This document shows, in pieces, positions 1-8,464 of a stretch of DNA of 26,023 nucleotides. The stretch comes from Fibrobacteria bacterium (GTDB lineage Bacteria; Fibrobacterota; Fibrobacteria; UBA11236). Under the pieces are notes generated by a model that was not told where the DNA came from, ran no database searches, and saw only the letters and a list, made by a program, of their open reading frames with translations. The DNA is taken from positions 1 to 26,023 of the forward strand of contig JAYTHY010000095.1 of the NCBI GenBank assembly GCA_043732185.1, in the 5' to 3' direction. The translations under genes and the position numbers were made by a program. Numbering within the stretch: the stretch's first letter is position 1; the number at the start of each line of letters is the position of its first letter.

Positions 1-275
1 AAACTGATGACAATGATAAGCGGTAGGGAAGAGGTACCGATGCGAATCATTTGCTGCACGGTTAAATCCGCATTTTTAAATACGTAGGGAAAGCGGGCGA
101 CGATTTGAGCGACCAGCCGAAGTATCTCGCCGACCTGCGCTAATTTGTAACCTATCCCATTTAGAAGAGCCGAGAGGCCTTTAAGTAGTTGTCCGCCTAA
201 GAAATCCAACAGCACTATCCACACAGGCGGCCTGGGTGTCCACGTGGGAGAATGTGGTGGCGGGCCCTTATCCAT
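1..275 (-). CDS. mlaE: MlaE-family ABC transporter permease (5' part only, runs off the window start)
   Basis: Not in the ORF track. Manual translation from ATG at 275 (2 nt after the dnaB stop) gives MDKGPPPHSPTWTPRPPVWIVLLDFLGG...KNADLTVQQMIRIGTSSLPLIIVIS. QMxxIGxxSLP is the typical MlaE N-terminal motif. Confidence 0.85.
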   Translation of the reverse strand, partial: MDKGPPPHSPTWTPRPPVWIVLLDFLGGQLLKGLSALLNGIGYKLAQVGEILRLVAQIVARFPYVFKNADLTVQQMIRIGTSSLPLIIVIS

Positions 276-277
276 AC

Positions 278-1684
278 CTAAAAGCCGTCCGTTTCCGGGC
301 CGCGGCCAGAATAGTTTACAAACGAAGCATAATCGGCTATGAACGTGAGAGGGACATCGCCGATTGGACCGTTTCTCTGTTTCGCCAGAATGATTTTAGC
401 CTTTCCTTTTTCTGCCTCTTTATTATAAACCTCGTCGCGGTAAACAAACATGACAAGATCCGCATCCTGCTCAATGGCTCCAGATTCACGCAAATCGGAA
501 AGCTTCGGCTCACCATCTCCGGAAGTGCGCTGCTCCACGGCGCGACTGAGCTGAGAAAGAGCTATTACGGGAAGATCCAATTCCTTAGCCAGGCCTTTAA
601 GTCCACGGGAAATCTGAGAAATTTCCTGCTGGCGGTTTTCTTGCCGCCCTGCGCCTTGCATGAGTTGTAGGTAATCGACCATCACCATGTCCAAACCATG
701 TTGGGCTTTGAGACGACGGCATTTGGCTCTGAGTTCCAAAATATTCAATGCCGGATGATCGTCGATAAATATCTTACTTTCGCTGATAGGCCCGGACGCC
801 AACCCCAACTTGGGAAAATCTCTTTGCGGCAATCGGCCCGTGCGCAGCAAATGCATATTCACTTGCGCTTGACGACAAAGAATACGCTGCACCAATTGGG
901 TGTTGCCCATTTCCAACGAAAAGAAGGCCACAGTTTTCTTATAATCGATACCCGCATTGGCTAAAATGGCCAAGGCCAAAGCGGTCTTGCCCATGGCCGG
1001 CCGCCCCGCTAGAATGATCAAGTCCGTCTTTTGGAAACCAGAGGTCAGCGCATCAAAGTCCTTGAAACCAGACGGAATGCCGATGATTTCACCTTTGGAA
1101 TAACTCTCGATTAATTTGAAGGTATCACCCAAAAGCTGCCGGATGGGGAGAAAGCCCTGCTTGACCGTGGTCTCGCTGATGGCATAGATCTCGCCTTCCG
1201 CAGCATCCATGATTTCCCCTGGATCTTGGGCACCATCATAGGCTTTTTCCAACATCCGGGTGGCAGACCCGATTAAATTTCGGAGCAACGCTTTGTCTTT
1301 AATAATGGTGCAATGCTGGCGAATGTTGGCCGAGGAAACAACTTCAGAAGAAATCTCGCGCAGATATGGATCTCCGCCCGCCGCTTCATACTTCTGATTC
1401 TTTTTGAGTTCTTCGGAAACGGCGATGATATCTACGGGCAAGTTTTTTTCAAATAGGCCCATAACCATTGCGAAAATCACCTGGTGTTTTTCCAGGTAAA
1501 AATCTTCGGCTTTTATGACTTCAAGCGCTTCACCAACGGCTTCGCCATCCAAAAACAGCGCACCGATAACATGCTTTTCCACTTCTATGGCTTGAGGTGG
1601 AACTCGAAATGCCGTGGTACGCATTTCACTTTGCCGAGGTTGCTGACTGCGCGGTGCTGCGTCCGCTTCTTGTTCCGTATTCAT
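278..1684 (-). CDS. dnaB: Replicative DNA helicase DnaB
   Basis: Motifs RVPPQAIEVE, Walker A GRPAMGKT, FSLEM, VDYLQL, SQLSR, LSDLRESGAIEQDAD, KQRNGP. The ORF track starts at 1723; ATG at 1684 is preferred because it forms an ATGA overlap with the upstream stop. No intein. Confidence 0.97.
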   Translation of the reverse strand: MNTEQEADAAPRSQQPRQSEMRTTAFRVPPQAIEVEKHVIGALFLDGEAVGEALEVIKAEDFYLEKHQVIFAMVMGLFEKNLPVDIIAVSEELKKNQKYEAAGGDPYLREISSEVVSSANIRQHCTIIKDKALLRNLIGSATRMLEKAYDGAQDPGEIMDAAEGEIYAISETTVKQGFLPIRQLLGDTFKLIESYSKGEIIGIPSGFKDFDALTSGFQKTDLIILAGRPAMGKTALALAILANAGIDYKKTVAFFSLEMGNTQLVQRILCRQAQVNMHLLRTGRLPQRDFPKLGLASGPISESKIFIDDHPALNILELRAKCRRLKAQHGLDMVMVDYLQLMQGAGRQENRQQEISQISRGLKGLAKELDLPVIALSQLSRAVEQRTSGDGEPKLSDLRESGAIEQDADLVMFVYRDEVYNKEAEKGKAKIILAKQRNGPIGDVPLTFIADYASFVNYSGRGPETDGF

Positions 1685-2490
1685 GTTTGTATCTGCGCGT
1701 TGTTCATGCGTCTTTCCAGCCATTGTAGGTCTTGCCAGGTTTTTCGTTTCAATTCTTCTTGGCGCATTAGATCCTCAGGATGATAGGTCACCACAAATTC
1801 CATGTTGCCTTCGCGATGTGGAATCTGACGCAATTCCTCCATAGACTTGGTAGTTCTGAGAATGGCTTGCGCATTGGCTTCACCATGTATCAAAGCGACG
1901 GGCACTTGGCACAAGCCGAGCTCCGCATTAAGGAGAGGCAGTATGCGAGTGAGTTCGCGGCGACTCCAATTTCGATTTTGCGCGGCATGCTTAATCAGAG
2001 AGGTGCAATACAATTCGTTGACGTCTAAATGTATGGCCCGCATCATTTTTTCCAATAGCACTCCGGCCTCACCTGAAAAGAGTTTGCCTAGCTCCATATC
2101 GGCAGGATTTGGCGAAAAAGCGATCAAAGCCAAGCGAGACATGTTCGGACCCGAACTCTTTAGAATAGGCAAATCAGTAGGACTTGAATAAACGGTCCGC
2201 GAATTTTTTTCCAGATACGTCCAGTACTCGTCCAGATTTCCAAAGGCTGGCAGTTGCACCGCATCGGGGACACGCGTGACCTGAACTTCAACGGCCTTTT
2301 CAATTTTCACCTTTGCGGGAGTGGATTTAAAATCCCGCGCTAAATTTCCAAATATGTTGGACGGCGATGTCGGTTGCAGGCCAGGAGCGTGCTGAAAAAC
2401 CGTTCGAGCCAGCAACGGCTTGGGAAGAATGACTTCATCCGTTCCGATTTCGCTTTGAAAGAGCAAGTAATTTTTAAGCGCCACATTCAT
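1681..2490 (-). CDS. Uracil-DNA glycosylase family 4-like protein, degenerate active site
   Basis: Recognisable UDG4 segments LFSGEAGVLLEKMMRAI, LYCTSLIK and VVTYHPEDL...KRKTWQDL. The GEAPG motif and the Fe-S cysteines are missing. ATGA overlaps with both coaBC and dnaB. Confidence 0.8.
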   Translation of the reverse strand: MNVALKNYLLFQSEIGTDEVILPKPLLARTVFQHAPGLQPTSPSNIFGNLARDFKSTPAKVKIEKAVEVQVTRVPDAVQLPAFGNLDEYWTYLEKNSRTVYSSPTDLPILKSSGPNMSRLALIAFSPNPADMELGKLFSGEAGVLLEKMMRAIHLDVNELYCTSLIKHAAQNRNWSRRELTRILPLLNAELGLCQVPVALIHGEANAQAILRTTKSMEELRQIPHREGNMEFVVTYHPEDLMRQEELKRKTWQDLQWLERRMNNAQIQT

Positions 2491-3710
2491 GCTGATTTAC
2501 CTAACAGCAAATCGAGTTTGGCCAATAGCGCTGCCGCCAATTCATCCTTGTCCATTTCTAACAGTTGGTTTGGCCGGGCCGATTCTTCTTTGAGCAATAT
2601 TGCTGCGAATACCCGGTTTTTTCCAAATCCAGTCTGCTCATCAACGGGATTATTGACCACCATGGCATCGCAGTTGCGCTCCTGCATTTTAATTTCTGCT
2701 TGGGCTACGGCATCGCTGGTTTCAAGGGCAAAACCAACCAATATTTGTCCCTTGGGTTTGCGATGGCCAAGTTCTTGAAGGATATTCGGAAAAGGATGGA
2801 GCTCCAGATTCTCAAGGGATTTGGATCCCTTTTGTTTGCCGACATACACTTTGGCGGGAATAAAGTCCGCAATGGCGGCTGCCATAATAACCACATCAGC
2901 GGTCGCTTGACGTGCCAGCATTTCTTTCAAAAAGTCCGCCGAAGTCTCCACTTTGGTTACAGGAATGCCAGGCGGCAAAGCATCCTCGATGACACCGGCA
3001 ACCACCTCCACCAGTGCGCCTGCCAGTTGCAAGGCACGCATCAATGCCATGCCTGTTTTCCCACTACTTCGATTGGATAGGAAACGGACATCGTCCCATT
3101 TTTCGCGGGTATGTCCAATACTGATGAGCACACGCTTACCCGTCAGTGATGTGTACGCATTACGCAAATTCAAATTGGATTTCAAATACGCGACAATGTG
3201 AGACACGTCCAATAATTTACCATGCCCAATTTCACCACAAGCCAATACACCTTCCCCGGTGGGTAACAAAATATCGCCTTTGGCACTCAACAACTGCATA
3301 TTTCGTTTTACAGCTGGGGCTTCTAGCATGGTTGAATTCATGGCAGGGGCAATATAGGCATGGCCCGCATAGGCTAGATAAACAAGCGAAACTAAAGAGC
3401 CTGTCAATCCCTGAGCCAATTCCCCTAAGGTATGCCCCGTGCAAGGCGCTATCAAAAAGACATCCGCCCAACGCGCCAAATCAATGTGTTCCATGGCCCC
3501 GGATTCTACTCGGGCAAAACTGCCCACGGAAACAGGATACCCGGTTAATACCGCAAATGTATTCGAATGGACTAGCTGGCTGGCGCTGTGCGTCATGATG
3601 ACTCGCACGGTAGCGCCTTCTTCTTTAAGCCTTTGTACCAGGTCGCATGCCTTATAGGCCGATATGCTACCGGTTACACCCAACAGAACTCGTTTGTCCT
3701 TAAGCTCCAT
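2487..3710 (-). CDS. coaBC: Bifunctional phosphopantothenoylcysteine decarboxylase / phosphopantothenate-cysteine ligase
   Basis: GVTGSISAYK, EHIDLA, APAMN, LACG, DDVRFLSNRSSGKTG, AAAIADF, VGFALET. Confidence 0.97.
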   Translation of the reverse strand: MELKDKRVLLGVTGSISAYKACDLVQRLKEEGATVRVIMTHSASQLVHSNTFAVLTGYPVSVGSFARVESGAMEHIDLARWADVFLIAPCTGHTLGELAQGLTGSLVSLVYLAYAGHAYIAPAMNSTMLEAPAVKRNMQLLSAKGDILLPTGEGVLACGEIGHGKLLDVSHIVAYLKSNLNLRNAYTSLTGKRVLISIGHTREKWDDVRFLSNRSSGKTGMALMRALQLAGALVEVVAGVIEDALPPGIPVTKVETSADFLKEMLARQATADVVIMAAAIADFIPAKVYVGKQKGSKSLENLELHPFPNILQELGHRKPKGQILVGFALETSDAVAQAEIKMQERNCDAMVVNNPVDEQTGFGKNRVFAAILLKEESARPNQLLEMDKDELAAALLAKLDLLLGKSA

Positions 3711-3740
3711 GGTCGATCCTCAACTAAAAGATCTCGAAAT

Positions 3741-3770
3741 AAAAAAAAACGGAAGCATTTGCTCCCGTTT
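3741..3770 (-). terminator. Rho-independent terminator after rpoZ
   Basis: Minus strand reads AAACGGGAGC-AAAT-GCTTCCGTTT followed by a T run (9 T in total). Confidence 0.8.
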
Positions 3771-3825
3771 CATCATCCTATTTTGGGGAAGGCCACCGCC
3801 AATAGGTTTATTACAGTACAGGCGT

Positions 3826-4041
3826 TTATTGAACCGCGGGTGCCTCGGGTAGAATTTCCAGCTTGCCGTCCTTGAACTTTTGAATGGCAATGGTAGTCGG
3901 CTTATCAGCCAGTTTGATAAAGCCCAGATTGGCTTGTTCATTGATAAAACGGGCTTCCTGCGAGGACATGATGACCGCTTTAAATGGGGAAATTTCCTTG
4001 CCGTAGCAAGTCTCCAACGAAAGATGCTGATTTTTTGACAC
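3826..4041 (-). CDS. rpoZ: RNA polymerase omega subunit (71 aa)
   Basis: GTG at 4041 with AAGGAG (4047-4052) 5 nt upstream. Protein MSKNQHLSLETCYGKEISPFKAVIMSSQEARFINEQ...DKPTTIAIQKFKDGKLEI fits the omega pattern (..AR..; KP..IA.....GK). It lies upstream of coaBC, as in the common rpoZ-coaBC order. The ORF-track start at 4116 falls inside the tRNA. Confidence 0.75.
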   Translation of the reverse strand: MSKNQHLSLETCYGKEISPFKAVIMSSQEARFINEQANLGFIKLADKPTTIAIQKFKDGKLEILPEAPAVQ

Positions 4042-4058
4042 AGAAGCTCCTTTAAGGT

Positions 4059-4148
4059 TGGCAGAGAGTGGGGGATTCGAACCCCCGTTGCCTGTTAGGG
4101 CAAACATGCTTTCCAAGCATGTACCTTAAACCGCTCGGACAACTCTCT
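4059..4148 (-). tRNA. tRNA-Ser (anticodon GGA)
   Basis: Acceptor stem AGAGAGT/ACTCTCT, discriminator G, encoded CCA. Anticodon arm CATGC-TTGGAAA-GCATG, long variable arm, T-loop GTTCGAATC. 90 nt. Confidence 0.97.
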
Positions 4149-4155
4149 GGGTGCA

Positions 4156-4183
4156 AGTATAGGAAATTTTCCCTAAAAATCAA
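4156..4183 (-). promoter_or_regulatory. Sigma70-like promoter for tRNA-Ser/rpoZ
   Basis: TTGATT-16 nt-TATACT ending 7 nt before the tRNA 5' end. The -35 overlaps an IHF-consensus motif (AATCAATGATTTA, 4178-4190). Confidence 0.6.
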
Positions 4184-4228
4184 TGATTTATGGCTAAATC
4201 TGGATTATTCGACGCTATTCAGCGATTT

Positions 4229-6004
4229 TTAGGCTTTGGTCTCTACGCGCTGAAGGTCGTATAACGTTCGATATATCCCACCAAGCTTCAGCAGCTCCTG
4301 ATGGGTTCCTTCTTCTCGAATGCGTCCTTTGTGCATAACCAGAATTTTTGTGGCCTTCTGAATGGTCGACAATCGGTGGGCAACGACGATGGAAGTCATG
4401 TTACGCAGAATTTTGTCCAAAGCCTCCTGTACTAAGGATTCTGTCTCCGTATCTACCGAAGAGGTGGCTTCATCCAGTAACAGAATTTTGGGCTGATGAT
4501 ACAACGCCCGAGCAAAGGCCAGTAATTGGCGTTGACCCGAGGACAGGTTTTCGCCCCTTTCCTTTAGTTGACTTTGGTAGCCGTCCGGCATTCGCATAAT
4601 AAAGGCATGCGCGTTTACGTAGCGGCACACTTCTTCAACCCGTTCCAAAGAAAAATCGGTTGATAGGGCTATGTTGAAGGCGACGCTTTCGGAAAACAGA
4701 TACACATCTTGGGAAATGAGACTGATCTGTCGGCTTAAGGATTCCTCCGTATAGTCTTCAATGGGATGTCCGCCAATTAGGACGCGGCCCGAATTCGCGA
4801 GATAGAATTTATTGCAGAGGGATATAGTTGTACTTTTACCGCTACCGGTTGCTCCAACAATAGCCAGCGATTCACCTGGCCCAACCCGAAACGAGACATC
4901 TATCAGTACCGGCTTATCTTCCGCATAGGCAAATCCCACCTTTTCAAAGGCAATATCAGCATGATCAGGAAGTGTTGCGCGAGAGCCTGCAGGTAGAAAT
5001 GCTTGTGTATCGTAAAGGGTGAAAACGCGTTCGGCCGCAGCCAATGCGCTTTGCAAAGCCGTGATCTTGTCGCTCAACTCCCGCAAGGGCCGGAAAAACA
5101 AGCCTGTATACCATGAAAAAGCAACTAGAGTTCCTAAGGAAACACTGTTGTGGAAAAAGAAATACGCACCCGAAAAATAAAGCAAAGCCAGGGATAGTTC
5201 CGTCAATCCGGTAATGGTGGGGAAGAATAGGGAATAGTACCGTACATTGATAAACCATTCCGCCTTGGTCGCCCGGTTAACGGTGTCAAAGGCCTGGATT
5301 TGACTGTCCACCTTGCCAAAAATCCGAACGATCGGTATTCCTGCCAAGCTTTCCTGCATGGTTGAATTGAGCTCAGCTAATAGTTTACGGATGCCACTGT
5401 TGTTCTTTCTCACCTTCTCACGAAAAATGGAAGTGGTCAAAAGCATGAAAGGCAAAACAGCCAAAGACGCGAGCGCCAATTTCCAGTCCAGCCAAAACAT
5501 AAATCCCACGGCATAGGCGATCATGAGCATCGCACCAACCAGTTCCAGTAGCCCTTCTGTAAACATGCTGCTTAAGGAGTCAATATCGTTGCCCATTCGA
5601 GTCATAAGGCGACCGACCGGGGTACGGTGGAAAAAGTCCATACTGAAGCGTTGCAGGCGAGAAAAAATTTCCACTCGCAAATCATGGATGATGCTGAGTC
5701 CCAGTTTCTGGCTGGCCACCGCTCGAAAATATTCCATAATCGCGGATACCAGAACCAACCCAACAAATACCAGCATATACGGCGTGATGCCATTCAGATT
5801 TTTATGGCCAATAGGGCCATCGATCATGCCCTTGAGCACACGAGGCTGCAAGACCGGCAGAATTTCGGATGTGATGAGTAGAATGAAGGCGGTCAGTGCT
5901 ATGGCGCGATGACCTTGCAGCAAGGAAATGAGCCGCAGCCACAAATTCCGATCTAGAAATCGGGCCACTTTATCTTCGTTGAGGTAATCCTGCTTTTTGG
6001 CCAT
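4229..6004 (-). CDS. ABC exporter, fused TMD-NBD (MdlB-like half)
   Basis: Multi-helix N-terminal membrane domain, Walker A GATGSGKS, signature LSSGQRQ, Walker B LLLDE, H-loop AHRLST. Start at ATG 6004 (MAKKQDY) just after the partner's stop; the ORF track gives 6085. Confidence 0.93.
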   Translation of the reverse strand: MAKKQDYLNEDKVARFLDRNLWLRLISLLQGHRAIALTAFILLITSEILPVLQPRVLKGMIDGPIGHKNLNGITPYMLVFVGLVLVSAIMEYFRAVASQKLGLSIIHDLRVEIFSRLQRFSMDFFHRTPVGRLMTRMGNDIDSLSSMFTEGLLELVGAMLMIAYAVGFMFWLDWKLALASLAVLPFMLLTTSIFREKVRKNNSGIRKLLAELNSTMQESLAGIPIVRIFGKVDSQIQAFDTVNRATKAEWFINVRYYSLFFPTITGLTELSLALLYFSGAYFFFHNSVSLGTLVAFSWYTGLFFRPLRELSDKITALQSALAAAERVFTLYDTQAFLPAGSRATLPDHADIAFEKVGFAYAEDKPVLIDVSFRVGPGESLAIVGATGSGKSTTISLCNKFYLANSGRVLIGGHPIEDYTEESLSRQISLISQDVYLFSESVAFNIALSTDFSLERVEEVCRYVNAHAFIMRMPDGYQSQLKERGENLSSGQRQLLAFARALYHQPKILLLDEATSSVDTETESLVQEALDKILRNMTSIVVAHRLSTIQKATKILVMHKGRIREEGTHQELLKLGGIYRTLYDLQRVETKA

Positions 6005-6011
6005 GATTGGT

Positions 6012-7781
6012 TTAGTCCAATTCCAAGGCGGTGGTGAGTTGTTGCTTTTCCCAAACCGAGGCATAGGCTCCACCAAGTCGCACAAGTTCCGAATGGGATC
6101 CCTGTTCCAGAATTTTTCCTTCGGATAAAAACAATATGTGATCGCAATGCATAACCGCGGAATACCGATGGGAGATGATAATTAGAGTACGATCCGCAAA
6201 TCGTTTCCGTAATTGTTCCAGAACCAGGCTTTCCGTTTCGGTGTCCAATGCAGACAGAGTGTCATCCAAACCGATTACCGGCGCATTGGCGATCAAGGCG
6301 CGAGCGAGACCCACGCGCTGTCGCTGACCACCGCTCAAATTAATGCCCTTTTCCCCTAACATGGATTCATACCCCTGGGGAAATTGTTTGAGGTCACGCG
6401 ATAGGGAAGACCAGTCTGCAACTTCTTCCACGGATTGGTTGGAGTAGTTGCCCTGGCCCATGAGAATATTATTTCGGATGCTGGTCGAAAATAAAAATCC
6501 ATCTTGCGGGGCATAGGAAAAATAACGGATCCAATCCTTATCCTTATATTCTTCTCGTGGAATACCGTTCATAAAAAGTGTGCCGGATGGAGCTGGGTAA
6601 ATGCCACAGAGCACCTGCATCAAGCTGGTTTTACCGGATCCGGTTGGGCCAACAATGCCTATGGAACGGCCAGCAGAAATATTTAAACTGATACCATCCA
6701 AGGCCAGTGGTGAGTGCGATCCGAGTTTGGCTTTTTCATAGGCAAAAGAAAGGTTCTTCATTTCTATCGAGTGCAATGCAGAGGGAAGGTTAACCGATTT
6801 CGATGCTAGAAAATCCTCAGACGGAATACCTAGCGTGGAGGGCTCCATCAAAAAAGAATTTCGCAATGCCAAAAGCCTGTCAATGGAGACGTTGGCCCGT
6901 TGGATCATGCTGGCCACCCAACCCAAGCCTACCAGGGGAAATTGCAGCCTGAGGATGTACAAGATAGCCGCAGACAAAGTGCCTAAAGTAATTTCATCGC
7001 GTATCACCATTTTGCCACCCAGCCATGCTACCAGCACCAATCCAATCGCACCGAGTGCGCCTATGGTAGGCCAAATTATGGAATTGAAATAGGCAATCTT
7101 GAGTGAAGAGTCGCGCAATTCCCGCGAGGTTTGGGACAATTTCATCGAGAACTTTTCCTGCTTGCCATACGCCTTGACCACCTGGATTCCGGAAATGGTA
7201 TCTTGCAGAAAGGAATTCAAAGAGGACAAGTTGGTCTGGATACTTCCGAACAATTTGTACATCCGTTTGAGGAAAATATTAGCCAGTAGCGGCATCATCA
7301 ATGATGGCAATAACCCCAACCACATCAGCCGTACATTGAGGCTCCAAAGGCACACAGTTGTATAAACCAAAAGGGAACCCATGCGTGCCAGGTGCAATAT
7401 AACTGGACCAACCATATCGCGTATGCGGTCCAGGTCGTTGGTGGCCCGGGACATAATATCGCCTATGGAGTTCTGATCAAAAAATCGTTTAGGCTGTAGC
7501 ATTAAGCCGGAAAAAAAATCGCGGCGCAATTCATATTCAATGATGCGCGAACCACGAATCACCCAGAGTCGCTGGTAATACAAAAGCAGGCCACTCAATA
7601 AGGTGGATCCAAGAATTGCGCCCAATGGCAAATACAGGGCCTGGAAATTTTTACCGGCTTGTAAGGAATCCAAAATGATCTTCACCATCCAAGGAGAAAC
7701 TTGATCAAGCCCCGTTGAGATCAGCACAAACATCAGGCTGGCCAAAATGGCTCCCCTTTGGCGGCTCAAATAGGGACGCAA
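6012..7781 (-). CDS. ABC exporter, fused TMD-NBD (MdlA-like half); start uncertain
   Basis: GDIMSRATND, Walker A GPTGSGKT, LSGGQRQR, degenerate Walker B IGLDD, ISHR. The ORF-track start at 7898 overlaps a terminator hairpin. TTG at 7781 after AAGGGG is my tentative start. Confidence 0.88.
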   Translation of the reverse strand: MRPYLSRQRGAILASLMFVLISTGLDQVSPWMVKIILDSLQAGKNFQALYLPLGAILGSTLLSGLLLYYQRLWVIRGSRIIEYELRRDFFSGLMLQPKRFFDQNSIGDIMSRATNDLDRIRDMVGPVILHLARMGSLLVYTTVCLWSLNVRLMWLGLLPSLMMPLLANIFLKRMYKLFGSIQTNLSSLNSFLQDTISGIQVVKAYGKQEKFSMKLSQTSRELRDSSLKIAYFNSIIWPTIGALGAIGLVLVAWLGGKMVIRDEITLGTLSAAILYILRLQFPLVGLGWVASMIQRANVSIDRLLALRNSFLMEPSTLGIPSEDFLASKSVNLPSALHSIEMKNLSFAYEKAKLGSHSPLALDGISLNISAGRSIGIVGPTGSGKTSLMQVLCGIYPAPSGTLFMNGIPREEYKDKDWIRYFSYAPQDGFLFSTSIRNNILMGQGNYSNQSVEEVADWSSLSRDLKQFPQGYESMLGEKGINLSGGQRQRVGLARALIANAPVIGLDDTLSALDTETESLVLEQLRKRFADRTLIIISHRYSAVMHCDHILFLSEGKILEQGSHSELVRLGGAYASVWEKQQLTTALELD

Positions 7782-7866
7782 AAATGCATAGCGCCCCTTG
7801 GTTTTGGATGGGGTATTCGGCCTAGCGATAGATGGAGCGACGGAGATGATAAATATGGCCTTTTGC

Positions 7867-7897
7867 AAAAAAACGGGACAAGCAACTACGCCCCGCA
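7867..7897 (-). terminator. Probable rho-independent terminator downstream of the 56-aa gene
   Basis: Minus strand reads GCGGGGC-GTAGTTGCTT-GTCCCGT followed by a T run. Confidence 0.55.
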
Positions 7898-7956
7898 TTC
7901 TGGCAGGTGTATAAAAGAAAAGTGGTAAAGATTATGGAGTCTGGAAAGAGGACATG

Positions 7957-7982
7957 CCGATAACGGCGAAAACCGTTATCGG
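7957..7982. repeat. Perfect 10-bp stem-loop
   Basis: CCGATAACGG-CGAAAA-CCGTTATCGG, 13 nt downstream of the small ORF's stop codon. Confidence 0.8.
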
Positions 7983-7995
7983 AGTGAAGGCAAAA

Positions 7996-8166
7996 CTATT
8001 GAAAAATATGTTTATCCGCGCAAAAAGTGGCCACATCCCGGTGGATCTCCAAGGCGATCAACAGGTTTATCATGTCATCTTTGGAAATCGGAAATTCTCG
8101 ATCAGGCCTCCCCTTCAGGAAGGGAATTTTGTCTTTAGAAACTTCGGTTCGCGAGATATGTTTCAT
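7996..8166 (-). CDS. Small hypothetical protein (56 aa), not in the ORF track
   Basis: AAGGAG (8177-8182), ATG at 8166, TAG at 7998-7996. MKHISRTEVSKDKIPFLKGRPDREFPISKDDMINLLIALEIHRDVATFCADKHIFQ. Flanked by a promoter-like motif and hairpins. Confidence 0.7.
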   Translation of the reverse strand: MKHISRTEVSKDKIPFLKGRPDREFPISKDDMINLLIALEIHRDVATFCADKHIFQ

Positions 8167-8275
8167 GTGCTCACCACTCCTTCAGTTCCGGGTTCATTCC
8201 AAGGTTTGCTGACGCTGCCCAAAAACCAAATGGGCCGAACCGACACGTTCCCTCAGAGCCCACCCTTGTTTAAAC

Positions 8276-8302
8276 TACTCGGTATTCCACGGAAAAGCTT
8301 TA
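8276..8302 (-). promoter_or_regulatory. Sigma28 (FliA/SigD)-like promoter
   Basis: TAAAGCTT-11 nt-ACCGAGTA against the consensus TAAAGTTT-N11-GCCGATAA, with exact spacing. Confidence 0.45.
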
Positions 8303-8424
8303 GCATTTGTTGGGTTTCTTTTAGTCTTTTGCGCACCTATTTTATTCTCACATAGAACTCATCCCGAATTCCACTTTACTGATGGTAAGTGAAAACGAAG
8401 CAACGCGGTGTCGATGTGTGAACA

Positions 8425-8453
8425 TTGACCCACCTGGAAAAGATTTTTAAGCT
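8425..8453 (+). promoter_or_regulatory. Sigma70-like promoter for tRNA-Gln
   Basis: TTGACC-17 nt-TAAGCT, ending 11 nt before the tRNA. Confidence 0.65.
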
Positions 8454-8464
8454 TTTTAAAGCGG

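Noticed and set aside
3720..3941. 73-aa minus-strand ORF
   Set aside because: Alternative frame over rpoZ that runs through the terminator.
8167..8270. Leader of the 56-aa gene as a known riboswitch (e.g. c-di-GMP-I)
   Set aside because: Alternative short pairings (TGGGC/GCCCA) exist, but I could not match any riboswitch consensus. An Rfam cmscan would settle it.
7954..8355. 133-aa plus-strand ORF (and 8027..8212)
   Set aside because: No recognisable motifs. It starts in a hairpin and is antisense to the better supported 56-aa gene, which has an RBS, promoter-like motif and terminator.
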